DNA of 63,964 nt, the filler included, from Basidiobolus ranarum (Eukaryota), in the NCBI GenBank assembly GCA_040143965.1. It is 3 parts of 3 records of this genome, joined end to end, with 100 filler letters (N's around TTAATTAATTAA, not from the genome) between each part and the next. Parts side by side here need not be neighbours in the genome. Positions count along the whole stretch, not along the records: positions 23,850 to 47,467 come from JASJQH010000163.1; positions 47,568 to 63,964 come from JASJQH010000343.1; 1 more part is not named here. One strand, written 5' to 3'. The translations under genes and the position numbers were made by a program. Position 1 is the stretch's first letter, and each line of letters opens with the position of its first letter. Below, piece by piece: positions 38,557 to 51,700 of this stretch. Below the pieces are notes generated by a model, which was not told the origin of the DNA, made no database searches, and was given only the letters and a program-made list of their open reading frames with translations.

Positions 38557-38910
38557 ATGGTCCGTGTCATTACTCTCCTCTTGGTGCTCAGCTCGGTTAT
38601 TGTTGTTACTCAGGCATTACCAAAGCTCGAGTACGAGACAACCTCTAGTTATAGTAGGTCAGATCTGAATAGCGAGTACAATGACCTCAAGGATGCGTCA
38701 GCAAACTCTAGAGAGGTTACTCACACCGAAGGAAAGTCCGGACCTGGTGGTTCCACCACTATCTCAAAAGTAAGCAATTACGACGATGGGAAGGCAACTT
38801 GTGTTGTCAAAGTAAAGAAGTCAGAAGGTGATGGACCACAAAGAAAGCATGAAGAAGGATGTAATCCTGAAGAAGTCAAGGAACCATTCAAAGATTCCGA
38901 GAAAAATTAA
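38557..38910 (+). CDS. Small secreted protein (117 aa, 2 Cys), unknown function
   Basis: Signal peptide MVRVITLLLVLSSVIVVTQA followed by a hydrophilic mature region. Confidence 0.7.
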   Translation: MVRVITLLLVLSSVIVVTQALPKLEYETTSSYSRSDLNSEYNDLKDASANSREVTHTEGKSGPGGSTTISKVSNYDDGKATCVVKVKKSEGDGPQRKHEEGCNPEEVKEPFKDSEKN

Positions 38911-39729
38911 AAAATTTATAGCCGACGAGTGATATTCTTAACAAGTTGTCTATGGATTCTTAAATAAAATTACGGATGCCTACTTTCGAAGAAACTTTAA
39001 CTGTCCTCTGCATCTTACATTATAATATGACTAACGATATATAATCTAACATCACATTAATATAAGCCTTCAAAGGTAGAGCAGATCAAGTTATTCATCG
39101 ATATTCGACTTGTGATGGTTCACTTGATTACACTTGTGCATTATCTTCGTATTTTCTGCTTCGAGACTTGATTGAAATGAGTAGCAAATGTAAATACGTC
39201 TGAAATGTGACAACAGTTAGTATTAGAACTTGGGTAAATGCCAATATCTAGAATAGTTCCATTGCAAACACGCTTCATCAAACTTTCAACACTTGCTTCC
39301 TCTAAACTTCACATTGGTCAGTACTAAAGACTATGGATTAATTGTAGAAAGGACTCTAGAAATGGAGAATAGAGCGCATGTTCCTATTTATCAGCTATGC
39401 AAGCAAGTGTATGGCAAGGGCATGCTACCCTCGTGAGAATACTCTAGAGGTGGTTGACGTTCGGAATATTTGCTGAATGATTGAGAAATTGGCTCCACGT
39501 CAATCATGGTTGGACAACATGACTCTTCACAGATTAGGAATTTTAAACAACTAATTCATACATCCACCTATCCGACCCAATTCAGTTCAATTTTCCACCT
39601 CCTTAGCTCCCTTTCCTTTATAATTTGTCATTTTCTTAATATATAACCTATACAATCAATTCTTTAGGAAGTTTGGGTACTTTATTCTTCTGTTACCCTC
39701 AATTCTTGAATACTATTATTATTTTTTAC

Positions 39730-40523
39730 ATGTCTTTACGACGTAATCGAAGCTCGAATCAACTGAATACGCTTTCAGACGAGCATTTTCAACCAAAAAA
39801 GGCAACTACTAGCAGCTCTCAACAAAGCCAGTCTACAGACTCTGACCATGCAAGGTTTCGAGACCTAATGATCTTCGAAGAGAGGCTTAAATTCCACATG
39901 CATAGGTTGAGAAAAGATAGACAGAAAATGGAGGGTTAGAATCGATTTTCATCTATTTACGAAACTTCTCTTTTAAACGGCCAGCGTTGCATATAGAAGC
40001 TTCATAAGGATTACTAACCTATTATGTAAACTCTAGCTTTGTTGGGTTTCTTGGTTGTAGTGGCTCTTTCCCTGTTTGGGTTGATATTCTTCTATCCTTC
40101 TGATGTTAGTAGTTTATTCTTTTATAACGTTTGGTACCTCACAGTAACCTAACATGAACCCTCTATTTCCACTCATCTAATAGAATGCAACCTTGCAGCT
40201 GCTTTACAAAGGCTTGCTAATTATCACTGGGGGATTGATGCTTTACATAGCCAACTGCGATAAAATGAGAGAAGCATCAAGGTAGTCGCTTTACTTCTGA
40301 TATAGAGATTGAACAGGACTAATGCTTTTCCAATGGCCGATTTAGATACTTGCCTTATTGTAACCAGACCTTGCGCATGTATGGAATGTCTTTTGACCGG
40401 AATAACCAAGGAGAATTATCGTTTCATCGACATATATCACGTCGGATTCAAGATGGCTACGCAGCATATAGAGATCTGATCAAACGGAAAAAAGCTAGCC
40501 AACGAAACCAACATCGAACTTAG
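39730..40523 (+). CDS. SPO7: Spo7-like regulatory subunit of the Nem1-Spo7 phosphatase, 4 exons
   Basis: FRDLMIFEERLK, two TM helices, RYLPYCNQTLRMYGM. Confidence 0.75.
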
Positions 40524-42153
40524 AAATACTTTAATCTATTTCGTTTTCCGTACATCACACTCGTTGTTTTGCGTTCTACAACACCATGGTTTTCTTTTTA
40601 GTTTTGCTTGATAGAAGCCCTGTCACTCGTGATTTCCTCCCTTGATCTAAGTTAACTTTGAGCTTTTACTTTGTTGAATGGGATTTCATCATTTAGTCTA
40701 ATTAAAGCTATAAATTTATTCAACCGAGTTTTGATATCTTACTATTTATCAAGGATTTAAATTGAGTTACACCTTGTGGTTGAGAAAGGAGAGCATTAGC
40801 CTGGCACAAGAATAGGGTGTAAAAGTAGAGCGGGTTGAGAAATGGCAGACGAACCGCTAGTATTTACCGTAGAATTTCCTAGAGAACCCCCTGCACCGCC
40901 AGGATCCACGAGGCACTGCGTTCCCGTCCACTTGGATACTAGATGACATCTAATCCACAGCAAATGGATCCCAACCAGAACATAAATCTTCAGGTGAAAT
41001 AATCGATATATTATTTGCGAATGAAATGTCACTTATCTTGTCAATAAAGGCTTCAGATGAACATCGCTTATGTTCATCTCGTCATCTTGACAATTCCTTA
41101 TTTGAAGATCCATCGGATATCAAGAATATATGAATACCGTGGGACTATATCGGTCATGCCACGGTTGTCCATCAAAGAAGCGAATGTTGTCTTAATATAT
41201 ATATAATATAGCGATGGATCAGCATACTCATACTTGATTACTTTCATAATCATCCACCTTTTGTTCCTTCTAAATCAAGTGAAATCATTGTGGATCGAGT
41301 ATGCTATACATTGCCGCATGACCAAAAATGTTAATTAGGTCAGACAGATTTAGACTAAGATTCGATCAATTAGTGAATCGTAATAAGACTCTTGACCAAG
41401 TTTGAAAGTCACCGGTTACCAAATGGTGATAGGGAACTAGGTTTAATCCAATGACTAGCAATAGTGGACAGCCCACTGATGCAAGGCTCTACCACGAAGA
41501 AGACTAACATAGGCGGTGATAAATAATGACTTCGATCGTCCCTCTAATTCTGATGTTTGTGCAAAGCGAGAGCTCTGCAGCATATTCCCCTCTCTGGCGA
41601 ATGATTTCAGGCACTAACAAGATGATTTTGCAGTCGTGTAACAATGCTCCTGTGAACTATAGTGCTCAAGGTTGATGCTTCCATGTCCATGAGCTTCCCC
41701 AGCCTTCAAGCATATTCTTTTGCGTGCCAATCCCATAGATATGAGTAATACATGCACTCCACTATATTGAGATATGAATTGCAATCATACTACGAACTAT
41801 TACCATGACGCTTAAGAGCTTGATGAGTACTGTATGTGTGAACCACTAAGTAGTTGATTTGGAGGGCTATTTTGGAATGCACCTTGATAGTGCATTTTTT
41901 GACCAACCCCAGTTAACCTTGTTTCCAATTCAAGTCTATGTGACTTGATTTGTTATGTTGAAGGATGCATGCCTCCAAAACCCACTTTTACAGTAGCATA
42001 TATCTAACAAAAAAATGATAAAAAGCTAACCACAAAGAAGAGTATTTACTTTCTCAGGTTCATATTACCTTCTAGCTGATGCTCGCTACAGCTTTTTAAC
42101 CTTTATTTTATTCGATTAGTCTTAATGTTCAAAAAGTGGTACCTCATTCTTCA

Positions 42154-45100
42154 ATGCGGCTCAGCAATCACTTTTTATCGCTTTATATATATGTACTTGG
42201 TTTGGTTTCTAACTTTTTCCTCTATGTTCAACGGTTCTTTGGAGCTAGTTGTAGACTAGTTAACTATAGAGATTCCGCGCACTTTTCGGAACATAAAACG
42301 CCCCTTGACCTGAGTTTCAATGTTAATCGAACACTGTTCCCGATACTTTTCATTTTGAGCGTCTTGGTCTGTTCCGGATCAGCACTTCAGGATAAAAATA
42401 TTCAGTTTGGAGATTTTGGCGGTTCATGTGGTATGTGGCGAGACGGAAGCTATGTAGTAGGTTTATACACCCAAGAAAATCGCCACAATCACTATATCAG
42501 AGTTCACAATAATGAAGGAAAACTTCAGTATGGTATTCAGCTCCCTGAGGATGTCCATACACTTCTCACCTTAAATAGCGGAAACCTGGGTATTCTTAAA
42601 GAAAATAACCGAAAGAAGTTGACGATGGAGATTATTGATAAGAATGGTACCACAGTAAAAACCGAGTTTGAAATCTACGGTAAAGAGTATAATGGTTTTA
42701 GTGCCACTTCTAGTGAGCGCTACGGTGGTGGCTTCGCTATAATGTGGGCTATTGATAATCATCGAGCCCTTATGACAGCTAGATTTACGGATGATGGAGA
42801 GTTGATCGATTCTTCGGTTAAAAAGTTTGACAATGCTATATTGGACTTCACCATTGCATCTGCTATAGATGGTAGGTTTCTACTCAGTTGGCTTGAATAT
42901 CAGCGAATAGAAAATTCCCAATATACAACCATACTGTGGAGCTCAATATCAGGCAAACGCGACGTCCAACTGGGTGCCCATACTTTTGTTGTTCACCAGG
43001 CTACCTTTGATGACTCTTCACCTCATTACTTTCCTACCATTGGATGTAAAGCCAAGCGAAATGGCTATGGAAATGTTTGTATCTACAACTACCTCCGTAA
43101 ATATAGCTCCAAGATACAGAGAATCACTGTCTTCCAAGAGTTTTACTCCAACGGACTTCTCCCAAAATCCGCGATAACTGCCAAAAAACTCATCAACTTC
43201 CCTCGAAACATAGATCCCGAGAAATACCTTGAGCAATTGGTAATACCTATAATACATCCTTTTCCATACGGAGGTTGGGCAATCCAGTACAATGGGTTTT
43301 ATAAACATAAGCTCCTATATTACTCCGAAAGAAACTCGGATAACGCAAATTCAACAGAGATTCAATTGCCAAGTAGAATATCTTGTGTGAGTCCCAATAA
43401 CACTCTGTTGGCAGTCAAATTTGGTCCTCACAATAAAGGCTGGGAGTTGAGGAGCCAACCGATTCAGCCTCTTGCTGCTGAAGAAAGATTAGGTAAATAA
43501 GATTGTTTCTTCACCGACAATAACCCCTATTTAATCCATCCATTGATACAGAATTCGAGTACTACAACCCCTATATTATTTCGGCAACCAAAGAAGTAGA
43601 CATCTCTAGCCACGACACCATCCTTGACATCTCCTTTAATATCCCAGATTTACGTCCTGGCCTTGGACTGTTGGCGATCTACTCAGCTAACAACAACATG
43701 TTTCCAAGGGAAATATTGGCAGCCGACGACTTTGATGTCAGTTTTAGTAATAACACCATCCACATCAAACTTTTGGCATCCACCTTGAATTTCTATGACT
43801 CCGAATACTATGCAATCCTTGAAAATGGTTTCGCAAATAGCTTCTATGGTGAACCGCTACAAGGAATCCAAGAGCCTCCTGCATTATGGAAGATTAAGAC
43901 AAGTAAGTACAAGTTTAATTGTATCAATGCATCACCCAACCCAGATACTAACCTCCTAACCCTCCTCAGAGCCAAGACTACAGAAGCCAACTCCCTCAGG
44001 TAACGCTTTGAATTTTAGTTATCAACCAGAATAAATTACTAAACCCAGTTTCTTTCAAGATATGGAGAGAATACTTGTTGAAGTCCAGCTCAAGGATACC
44101 AAGAATAAACGGGCTACTGTAGATCTTTCAGAAGAGACGAGTTTACTGCTAGAAGAAGTGGCGAAATACTTGCCGATTGATATTAGCCGCTTGGAAAAAG
44201 CATTCAATTGGCATGATGAAGCGAGTAACAAGACCACAATCCAATTTTTCATAAAGGACGGTGATGAGAAGTCCAAGTATCCCACAGAGTGACTGAGAGA
44301 TCTAAACTCCATGATCCGAGGAATTGAGGTCACGCCGTTGGCGAACGGTATCATATCGTATCGCTTAGATTCTATGTTTGGTGCACAAAGGAAAGGTATG
44401 TTCTAGAGAGGATTAGTGAGGTGATCATCATGTATCATTGCTAACAACATCGACTGTTATGTCACTAGATACCTTTATCAACGAGAATGCGTACAAACTT
44501 ATCTCAATTGGTGTCAGCATCGTCTTGCTGGCAATTATCTACTTGTTCTGTAGGCTCCGATTCCCTGATGGGAACAATATCATAGTAATAGTTGTGGCAT
44601 TCTCGATAGCTGATTTTGTTACCGACATCCTGTTTCTGGTGCAGGATTCCAAGAAAGTTCCAGAACTCTATGTGCCGTCAATATTTTTCTTTGCCTTTCC
44701 ATTTACTGTGAATTTATGTTGCACTATGGCGCTAATGTATCGTGAAGTCCTACTTAACCCAGCGTTTCATCAATGGTTTACAAATAACGCAACGATCGCC
44801 AGTGCGACAACTCTACTTGCGGCAACTCAGATCAAAACCCTAAGATTATTAGACTCTAGAGTGGCTGGATTGACGACATTCTCAGCACCATTTTCGGAGA
44901 AGGCGAATCGTTGGATGCTGATTTTCGCAACAATTGGGTTAGCATTGGAAGATATACCACAATTCATTATACAGGTTAGAAGCCCAGTTCCACTCCCACC
45001 CTACCTATAACTTGACTAACATGATATCGATACATAGGTTATCTTTGTGTCACGATATGGTCGATTCGAATTAATCCCCTTTCTAGCATTGGTTTGGGCC

Positions 45101-45490
45101 TCCATAAATATCACCTTTACATGCTTAAGTATTCTGTATATGTGCTTCGGAAGTTACATAAGGCAAACATTCACCCCTCGTATCATTCGTCCTGACACGC
45201 CTAATATCACTGATTCTTCTCATTTGTCGAAAGAAAATTACGATTACCAGTTCAAAAAGAAGAGTAGCATCACTCCACAAGGCATCCACCATGACCGTGA
45301 CACTAAAGAGTTCAATTCAAGTAGTGGAGAAAGTAGCAGTGGCCACGGTCGGTTAACTCCTAGAGAGAGTCCCAAAATAGTACCAACGTTCAACACATGT
45401 CAATGTGATTTTGCATTTATACATAATGACGAACATATGGAGTATCACTTACCATACGAACCAAAAGAGAGTCATATGAGGAAATGGTGA
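42154..45490 (+). pseudogene. Large cell-surface protein (ectodomain plus multi-TM C-terminus) with in-frame TGA at 44290; start uncertain
   Basis: Spliceable exons; TM region DFVTDILF...LEDIPQFIIQV. Exon 4 reads KYPTE*LRDLNSMIRG. Confidence 0.6.
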
Positions 45491-46012
45491 AATCCGAGGG
45501 AATTCTAACCAGGATTTTAATGGGTGAACCTTCAACGCATATCAGCTTTATATTATACTTTCTTATAATCATTCTTACTATTGGGTAAATTTCACTCATC
45601 TTCCGCATTCATTCAATAAAGGACATTCAATCATCTGGAAACTGTAACAACCTCCAATGGTTTTGTAGATCGAAAGCTGAGAATGACATTAGCCTCAACA
45701 TCGCCAATTTATTTTTGGGATATTTTGTGAGCGATTGAAGTGATATGGGGAGAAAAAGGGGGTTCAAAATAATTAGTGAATATTTACAGTGAGGGGATTC
45801 ATCCTCATGATGTTAATACTTAAAATTACCCTTGGTTGAAATTATGGGTGGTGTTATACGATTAGTAAGTCATAAGAAGGGAGAAAACCATTGCACCGTA
45901 AATATCGTTCGCTTCAAGAGAGAAAAGTATATTGCAACTTCAATGTAAAGGCGCACGACAATCGAGCCCAACGCTCCATCAGAGTGAATATAAAGAATAA
46001 TGGGGTTCATGC

Positions 46013-47026
46013 TCATATCAGTTTCAATGTTTCATCCTCTTTCTGGCTACTCTTCCACGCCAAGCTGTCTTCTCGACTAGAAAATCTTGTACTGTCCTCT
46101 TCATTCTTGTCAGAAATCAAAAATACTCTGGTGAACCATCTCCTGAAGTTGAACTTTTCGTGGGCCACATATTGCTCTTCAACCCGATATCGAGTGACTA
46201 AATCCTTCCGTATTTGAGAGTAACAATGATACAATACTGGGTCATAAATAAAGGCGACCCCGTTGAGGACGCCAAGTAAGGCAATACTGTATTCGCAAGT
46301 GTAGTAGGAGCCATCGTAGTAAGTTGTCTTTGTGGATTGCTGAATGATCATAATAAATACGAAAGGGATTCCTACTATGCACAATATAAGTGGGTACAAG
46401 GATATACGTAGCACAGCGCGAGATAAAACTTTCGGATTCTTCACTCCAGAACTAGGCGTGCTATCCGTAGTTAGTGAGGATCTTGTAGCCGAACGAAGAC
46501 GGTGAATTATGGTGGAGCAAACCACTACCGAATATATCATCACCACAACAAATACAATAGTCAGACCTAGGGTTACCACGTCCACCTGAGTCGTACCAAA
46601 TGCCAATGCAGTCCAGGGTAGGAAATAACATGTTATGGCCAAGGCAAGCGCAGGAATCGGTGGAAGTAGGTAGTAGGCTAGTTGATAGCGATCCGCACGT
46701 CTCCAATGGTGGATCAATACCAATTGAAGATTTAGGGTAATCAAGGCGGTGTATAAAATACTAGTGGTCAAAAATGCGTAACTTAGGCATCGAAACACTT
46801 TCCACACGTCTCGGTTCTCCAAAACACCTACTAAGATCAAGCATATATGAAAGAAGAGATCGCTCGTAGTTACCAAAGCCGTCAGACGCAAAGAGATTCG
46901 ATCGGCCATATCTTTACGATATATGCGTATTCCAATGATGCAAGATAAGACTATTGTAGACACTAGAAGAGAGATCACATTGGTAACGAAACGAATGCCA
47001 TTCAGCAAATCCCACTCTAGAATCAT
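46013..47026 (-). CDS. Seven-transmembrane GPCR-like receptor (cAMP-receptor/Git3-like)
   Basis: Seven hydrophobic segments; DRISLRL, LNLQLV, RISLYP and GVLN..F..DP motifs. Confidence 0.78.
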   Translation of the reverse strand: MILEWDLLNGIRFVTNVISLLVSTIVLSCIIGIRIYRKDMADRISLRLTALVTTSDLFFHICLILVGVLENRDVWKVFRCLSYAFLTTSILYTALITLNLQLVLIHHWRRADRYQLAYYLLPPIPALALAITCYFLPWTALAFGTTQVDVVTLGLTIVFVVVMIYSVVVCSTIIHRLRSATRSSLTTDSTPSSGVKNPKVLSRAVLRISLYPLILCIVGIPFVFIMIIQQSTKTTYYDGSYYTCEYSIALLGVLNGVAFIYDPVLYHCYSQIRKDLVTRYRVEEQYVAHEKFNFRRWFTRVFLISDKNEEDSTRFSSREDSLAWKSSQKEDETLKLI

Positions 47027-47467
47027 AATTCGAGCTAAGTGAGCACTGGGTCGTTTTAAGGAAAGGGAAGCCGATTGGGACTAATATCCACTTGTTATTA
47101 GAAGGGAATGTGAATGGATTAGGAAATGTACGGTTTATCTAAATGCTTGCTAGGTTATTTATACTGAGTCTTCCCAGCTGAATTCCTTTGCCGGATCAAG
47201 CATTTGTATTGTAGCCCCTAATCATGTTCTTAAACTCAGCTTTCTGATTCACCATAAACAACTTAAAGTAACAATCAATATTCCTTCGTTTTAATGGAGA
47301 CCTTTTTGCACAATCGTTAGCCCATAACAAATAGTAGAACACCCCGCATATGGGCCAAACTGATCCGAGTGTTACCGATGATGCTTAGGGTGGGAATTCT
47401 ACCTATAGCTGAGTAATCACTTAGAAGAATGATTAAATTTTCAACTTTGTCTTTACCGCAGTTGAAG

Positions 47468-47567
47468 NNNNNNNNNNNNNNNNNNNNNNNNNNNNNNNNN
47501 NNNNNNNNNNNTTAATTAATTAANNNNNNNNNNNNNNNNNNNNNNNNNNNNNNNNNNNNNNNNNNNN
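47468..47567. other. Assembly gap (100 nt) with TTAATTAATTAA spacer
   Basis: N-run with linker at 47512-47523. Confidence 0.97.
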
Positions 47568-48792
47568 GGAGCTTTAGGATCACAATTACGAATACCTTCA
47601 GCGCAAAGGTCATCCTGAGGACCCTCATACAAGAACTCTACTCTGTACTTTTGGGCAGTGACAGGGGAGGGAAGATGAATGACTATCATCTCCAATAAGG
47701 CATCGGCAGCGGGTAAGAACTTACGCATAACAACTTTAAGAAGAGCCTTGCCTTCCAAATCCTTCTCGTCAGACTTCAATGGTACTTCTAACTTCTCCAA
47801 CATAGAAGTGGTTTGTTCTTTCTTGAAGTTCATGATGGAATCAAAAAGCTTGAAGATAGGATCCAAAATGAACATACAGAAAGCACGCTCAAGTGGCTTG
47901 CCATCGGCATCAGTTCCCTTGCTGGTCCATTTACGAGTGGCAGGATTAAAGTAGTTCTCTCCCCAAAGCTTGGTCATCATCTTGTCCTTATCAACACCGA
48001 ATTTCTTAGCATAACGCTGAGCAAATTGTCTCAAGGTGAAACCCCAACCGTGAAGGCCAGAACCGAAAGCAACGGTACCACGCTCTGGGTAAACCTGGAC
48101 ATCACCGAGAACAGGGTCAAAGTAGGTAGAGATAATAACATTGACGGATTCGATAGTACGAAGGAAAGAAGTGTACAAATCTTCCTTGGTGGATTGCAAT
48201 TCAAGCAAAGCACGATCAACCTTGTTGATAATAATAACAGGCTTGATACGTTCAGTAAGAGCTTGACGTAAGACAGTCTCTGTTTGAACAGAAACACCAG
48301 AAACACAATCAACCACGACCAAAGCACCATCGGTAACACGAAGGGCGGCAGTGACTTCGGAGGAGAAATCGACGTGACCAGGAGAATCGATAAGATTGAT
48401 TAAGAACTCATTACCATCAGTCTTCTGCTTAACATCGCCAAGGTCATCCTTGGGAAGCTCAAAGAACATGGAAATTGCAGTAGACTTGATAGTAATGCAA
48501 CGATCTTGTTCATCTTGACGAGTATCAGTGAAGCGAGTCTCACCAGCTCTGGCAGAAGAAATAATACCAGCCTTGGAGACAAGGGAATCAGTAAGAGTAG
48601 ATTTACCATGATCGACGTGAGCAATAACAGACATATTACGAATATTCGTAATTTTGTCCATGAGGCCACGAATTTGATCTAAAGAAATTCACATATTGGT
48701 TAGCGAAACACTCCAGCATGTCTTTTCATCAACCTAAACATCTCTAATGAAGGCATGGAGAGAATATACGTACCAATAGTGAAGTTAACCAT
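47568..48792 (-). CDS. EFT2: Translation elongation factor 2, 5' part (truncated by gap)
   Basis: MVNFTI exon, [30 protein letters not shown]. Confidence 0.97.
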
Positions 48793-51700
48793 TTTTACTG
48801 GACACTAGAGGGAGATGTAAGTTGAAGTAGAGACTTTGTAAGTCAATATATGTCCAGGTGAGAGAGCAGTGGCGTTCCTCTCTCAGTACTTATACTCCTT
48901 CGTCATTGCCATTCACCCTGAATTCCTTTGCCATATAGGAATGTAAATCGAACCTCAGAAAGTCAGAATCGTAATGGGAAAAAAGACCAATGAAGCCAAT
49001 GAACGAACTACACAGCTGTAGTACACAAAATAGGAATAGGGATCAATATAAGGGGGTTCACTCGATTTCATATAACTCAATGTATGGCATTACTGTAATG
49101 CTGAATATTTGAATGTCTTCAGAACTGCTGCGAGATGGCGTTTAACAAGTCACATGTCAAATGAATTGAAATCCTTAATTAAACTAAGTGCTGATGCTCT
49201 TTATCACCACTGCAAGTAATGTTGGCAAGCGTATCATGCTGATACTTCAATAAGTTCAGGATTATGACCTCGAGGGAGCCCAGGTTCCATTAAATTTTGG
49301 GGAAGGGCCGTTGGGGATAGGGGCAACCCGAAAAGTCGATGATAAGTGGGGCCTAGGGTAGCCCACTTTCCCACTGGCAAAACTATATTGTTACGTGCAG
49401 ATCTTGCTTCTTGAAGTAGCATCATACTTGGGTAGATATGAGTCAATCATTAGTGCACAAGAAACCTGTCACTTGGAGCTAGGATTCATGGAAACCAATT
49501 GCGACTGCTATCATTGGTTTCCACCAGAAGGAATGGGAATATTACGTTTGGAACGTTATAATGTGGAACACGGGGAGGGCATAATTTATCATTGTATTAC
49601 TGCAACCCGTTGTGGGACAAGTGCAAGTCTCAAAATACATTTATTGTGAGTAGAATTCATTTGAAATCAGCTGCAGTAAAAGCAATTTAACAGGTAAAAC
49701 TTGACTCACCCATAGAGAGGCTTGGGATGCTTACGAATTGTCTGGAAAATATCCACTTTTGAAATTGATGGCAATCTATATGGAGTACGTCATGAGGCAG
49801 GGTAGAAAGCCAAGGCGACATTCCACCTCTGCTTGGAAATACAGAAATGACCATGGCGATGCAGGAAGCCGCTATCCAATGTCCCCAAAATGCTGCCCTA
49901 CTTCTTCAGTGAACTTGGAAGGCTTATCAACCTCAAGGCATTCTCGAAGAATCACATCAGTAGATTGTTGACCATGTATCGATAATATCCACATAGCTAT
50001 TCCGTCAATACCCTTCTTTGATGAAGTATGAAACAAATTATACCTAATACGTTATACAGCCACTTTGATCACTGAATATCCTCTCGTTTTGTGACTGGAT
50101 TACCCAATAGTTCGTTGCATCTCGTTTGCATCAGCTTGATTTAGGATTCAGTGTACAGCCTTTAATAAGCCATATTGGGCCGAATTGGATCCATCATTGC
50201 GGTGATGATCCTCACCCTCATTGGATGAATCCGATATCTGCATTACGTTTATTGCTATAAAGCGTAAATGTGGCAGCTAAAAGCCCACATCCACGCAGTA
50301 GTCCAATTTGCCAGTCACCAATAAATCTTTGACTCTTTGGTTGGCAGTTGTTCGGACTTGCGCCACATTTTTGGCATTCTTTCATAGAAACCATGTCACT
50401 AAACATGAGAGCCTCTACACAGCCTTAATGTTCTTCATAACACTACTGAGCCATCTTCCAATTAGGAGAGCGGAGCTGTTATCACAAAGTCATACTAGCG
50501 CTTGAAGCAGTGTACTCAATCTCGCACTACCGGTTGGTGTTCATCAAAGATATAACACTTCCATTTGAGCTTGAATTGAAAGCAGAGTATCACTGAGTTG
50601 ACTTATCTGTAACAGACTAGTTGGCCTTTCATTGGCAAGACACATGGAAGTTAGATAATGAAAATTATGCGTGAAATCAACATCTATCGGTGCTGTTAAT
50701 ATTATTAATGAACATACTGTGTGATCAAAATAACTTGGCTGTAGCTTGTCTACTTGGGTTATTACATCCCGGAGACGAATAAATTTGAAACACAAGCGGC
50801 TCAACATTACTATATGTCGCCAATCAGCTACTTTATCCTGGGCCAATATGTACATTCCAGTACAGAGCTTCTAGATTCTAGATCGAGAAAACCCAAGAAT
50901 CGTGTATATTCTAATTCACGTGCTACTGTCACTGCTAATTCTATCAAGCCATTATATTATTGTACGCCGTGGCTTAGTTGGTAATACCTACGGGTTTACG
51001 TACTCACCAACCCACGAAGCTGCCTTTTGATACTACTAGGTAAGCAGTAACAGGTTTAGTGGTTTGCAAGCTCTCAGAAGTCAAGCTTGAATGATACAAC
51101 TAATTGACCCAGGCCTCAAAAGGATAAGTAGCATATTGTTATCTTTCAATAGTGCGAAAAATTGACTATCTGAGAGTAACACTTGTGCGTTGGTAAAAGA
51201 ACCTTGACAACCGATTTCATCAGCTCTGGTATCACAGTTATAACGAGGAGACCTTGTTCTGATTAACTTCTGCGGTGTAAGGGCTTTCCTTTCACACCAA
51301 GATACAACCATTAGTTGAAGTATCTCATTAAATTTACTTCACCGTCTAAGCAATCCGCAGTTCGGAACCATCTTTTTTTATCGGTACCTCTTTCTGACAG
51401 AAACTCTTGATTGCAGCAACAATTTTCAAACATTCATTGAATTTGCATGGATACAATCCCTCACACGAGACACTATTTGCGTTCATGTTTGACAATCAAT
51501 CAAGACATGTAAAGGCATCCTGAGTTGCTAATTTAGTGACAATCCTCGCCAAGATTTTATTTCCTCAATATATTTATTTAATTGTTTACATTTACGAAAT
51601 CATTAGCCATCTACTAATCAAATTTGAGTAACGATAATTATGTGCTTGAAATGGAATCTACGATTGCGAATATAGCGGGATCCTCTCCGTGAGATCTAGG

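Noticed and set aside
44277-44292. GTATCCC as a U12 GT donor that would remove the TGA
   Set aside because: Imperfect consensus, no TCCTTAAC branch downstream, and the following sequence reads as continuous coding.
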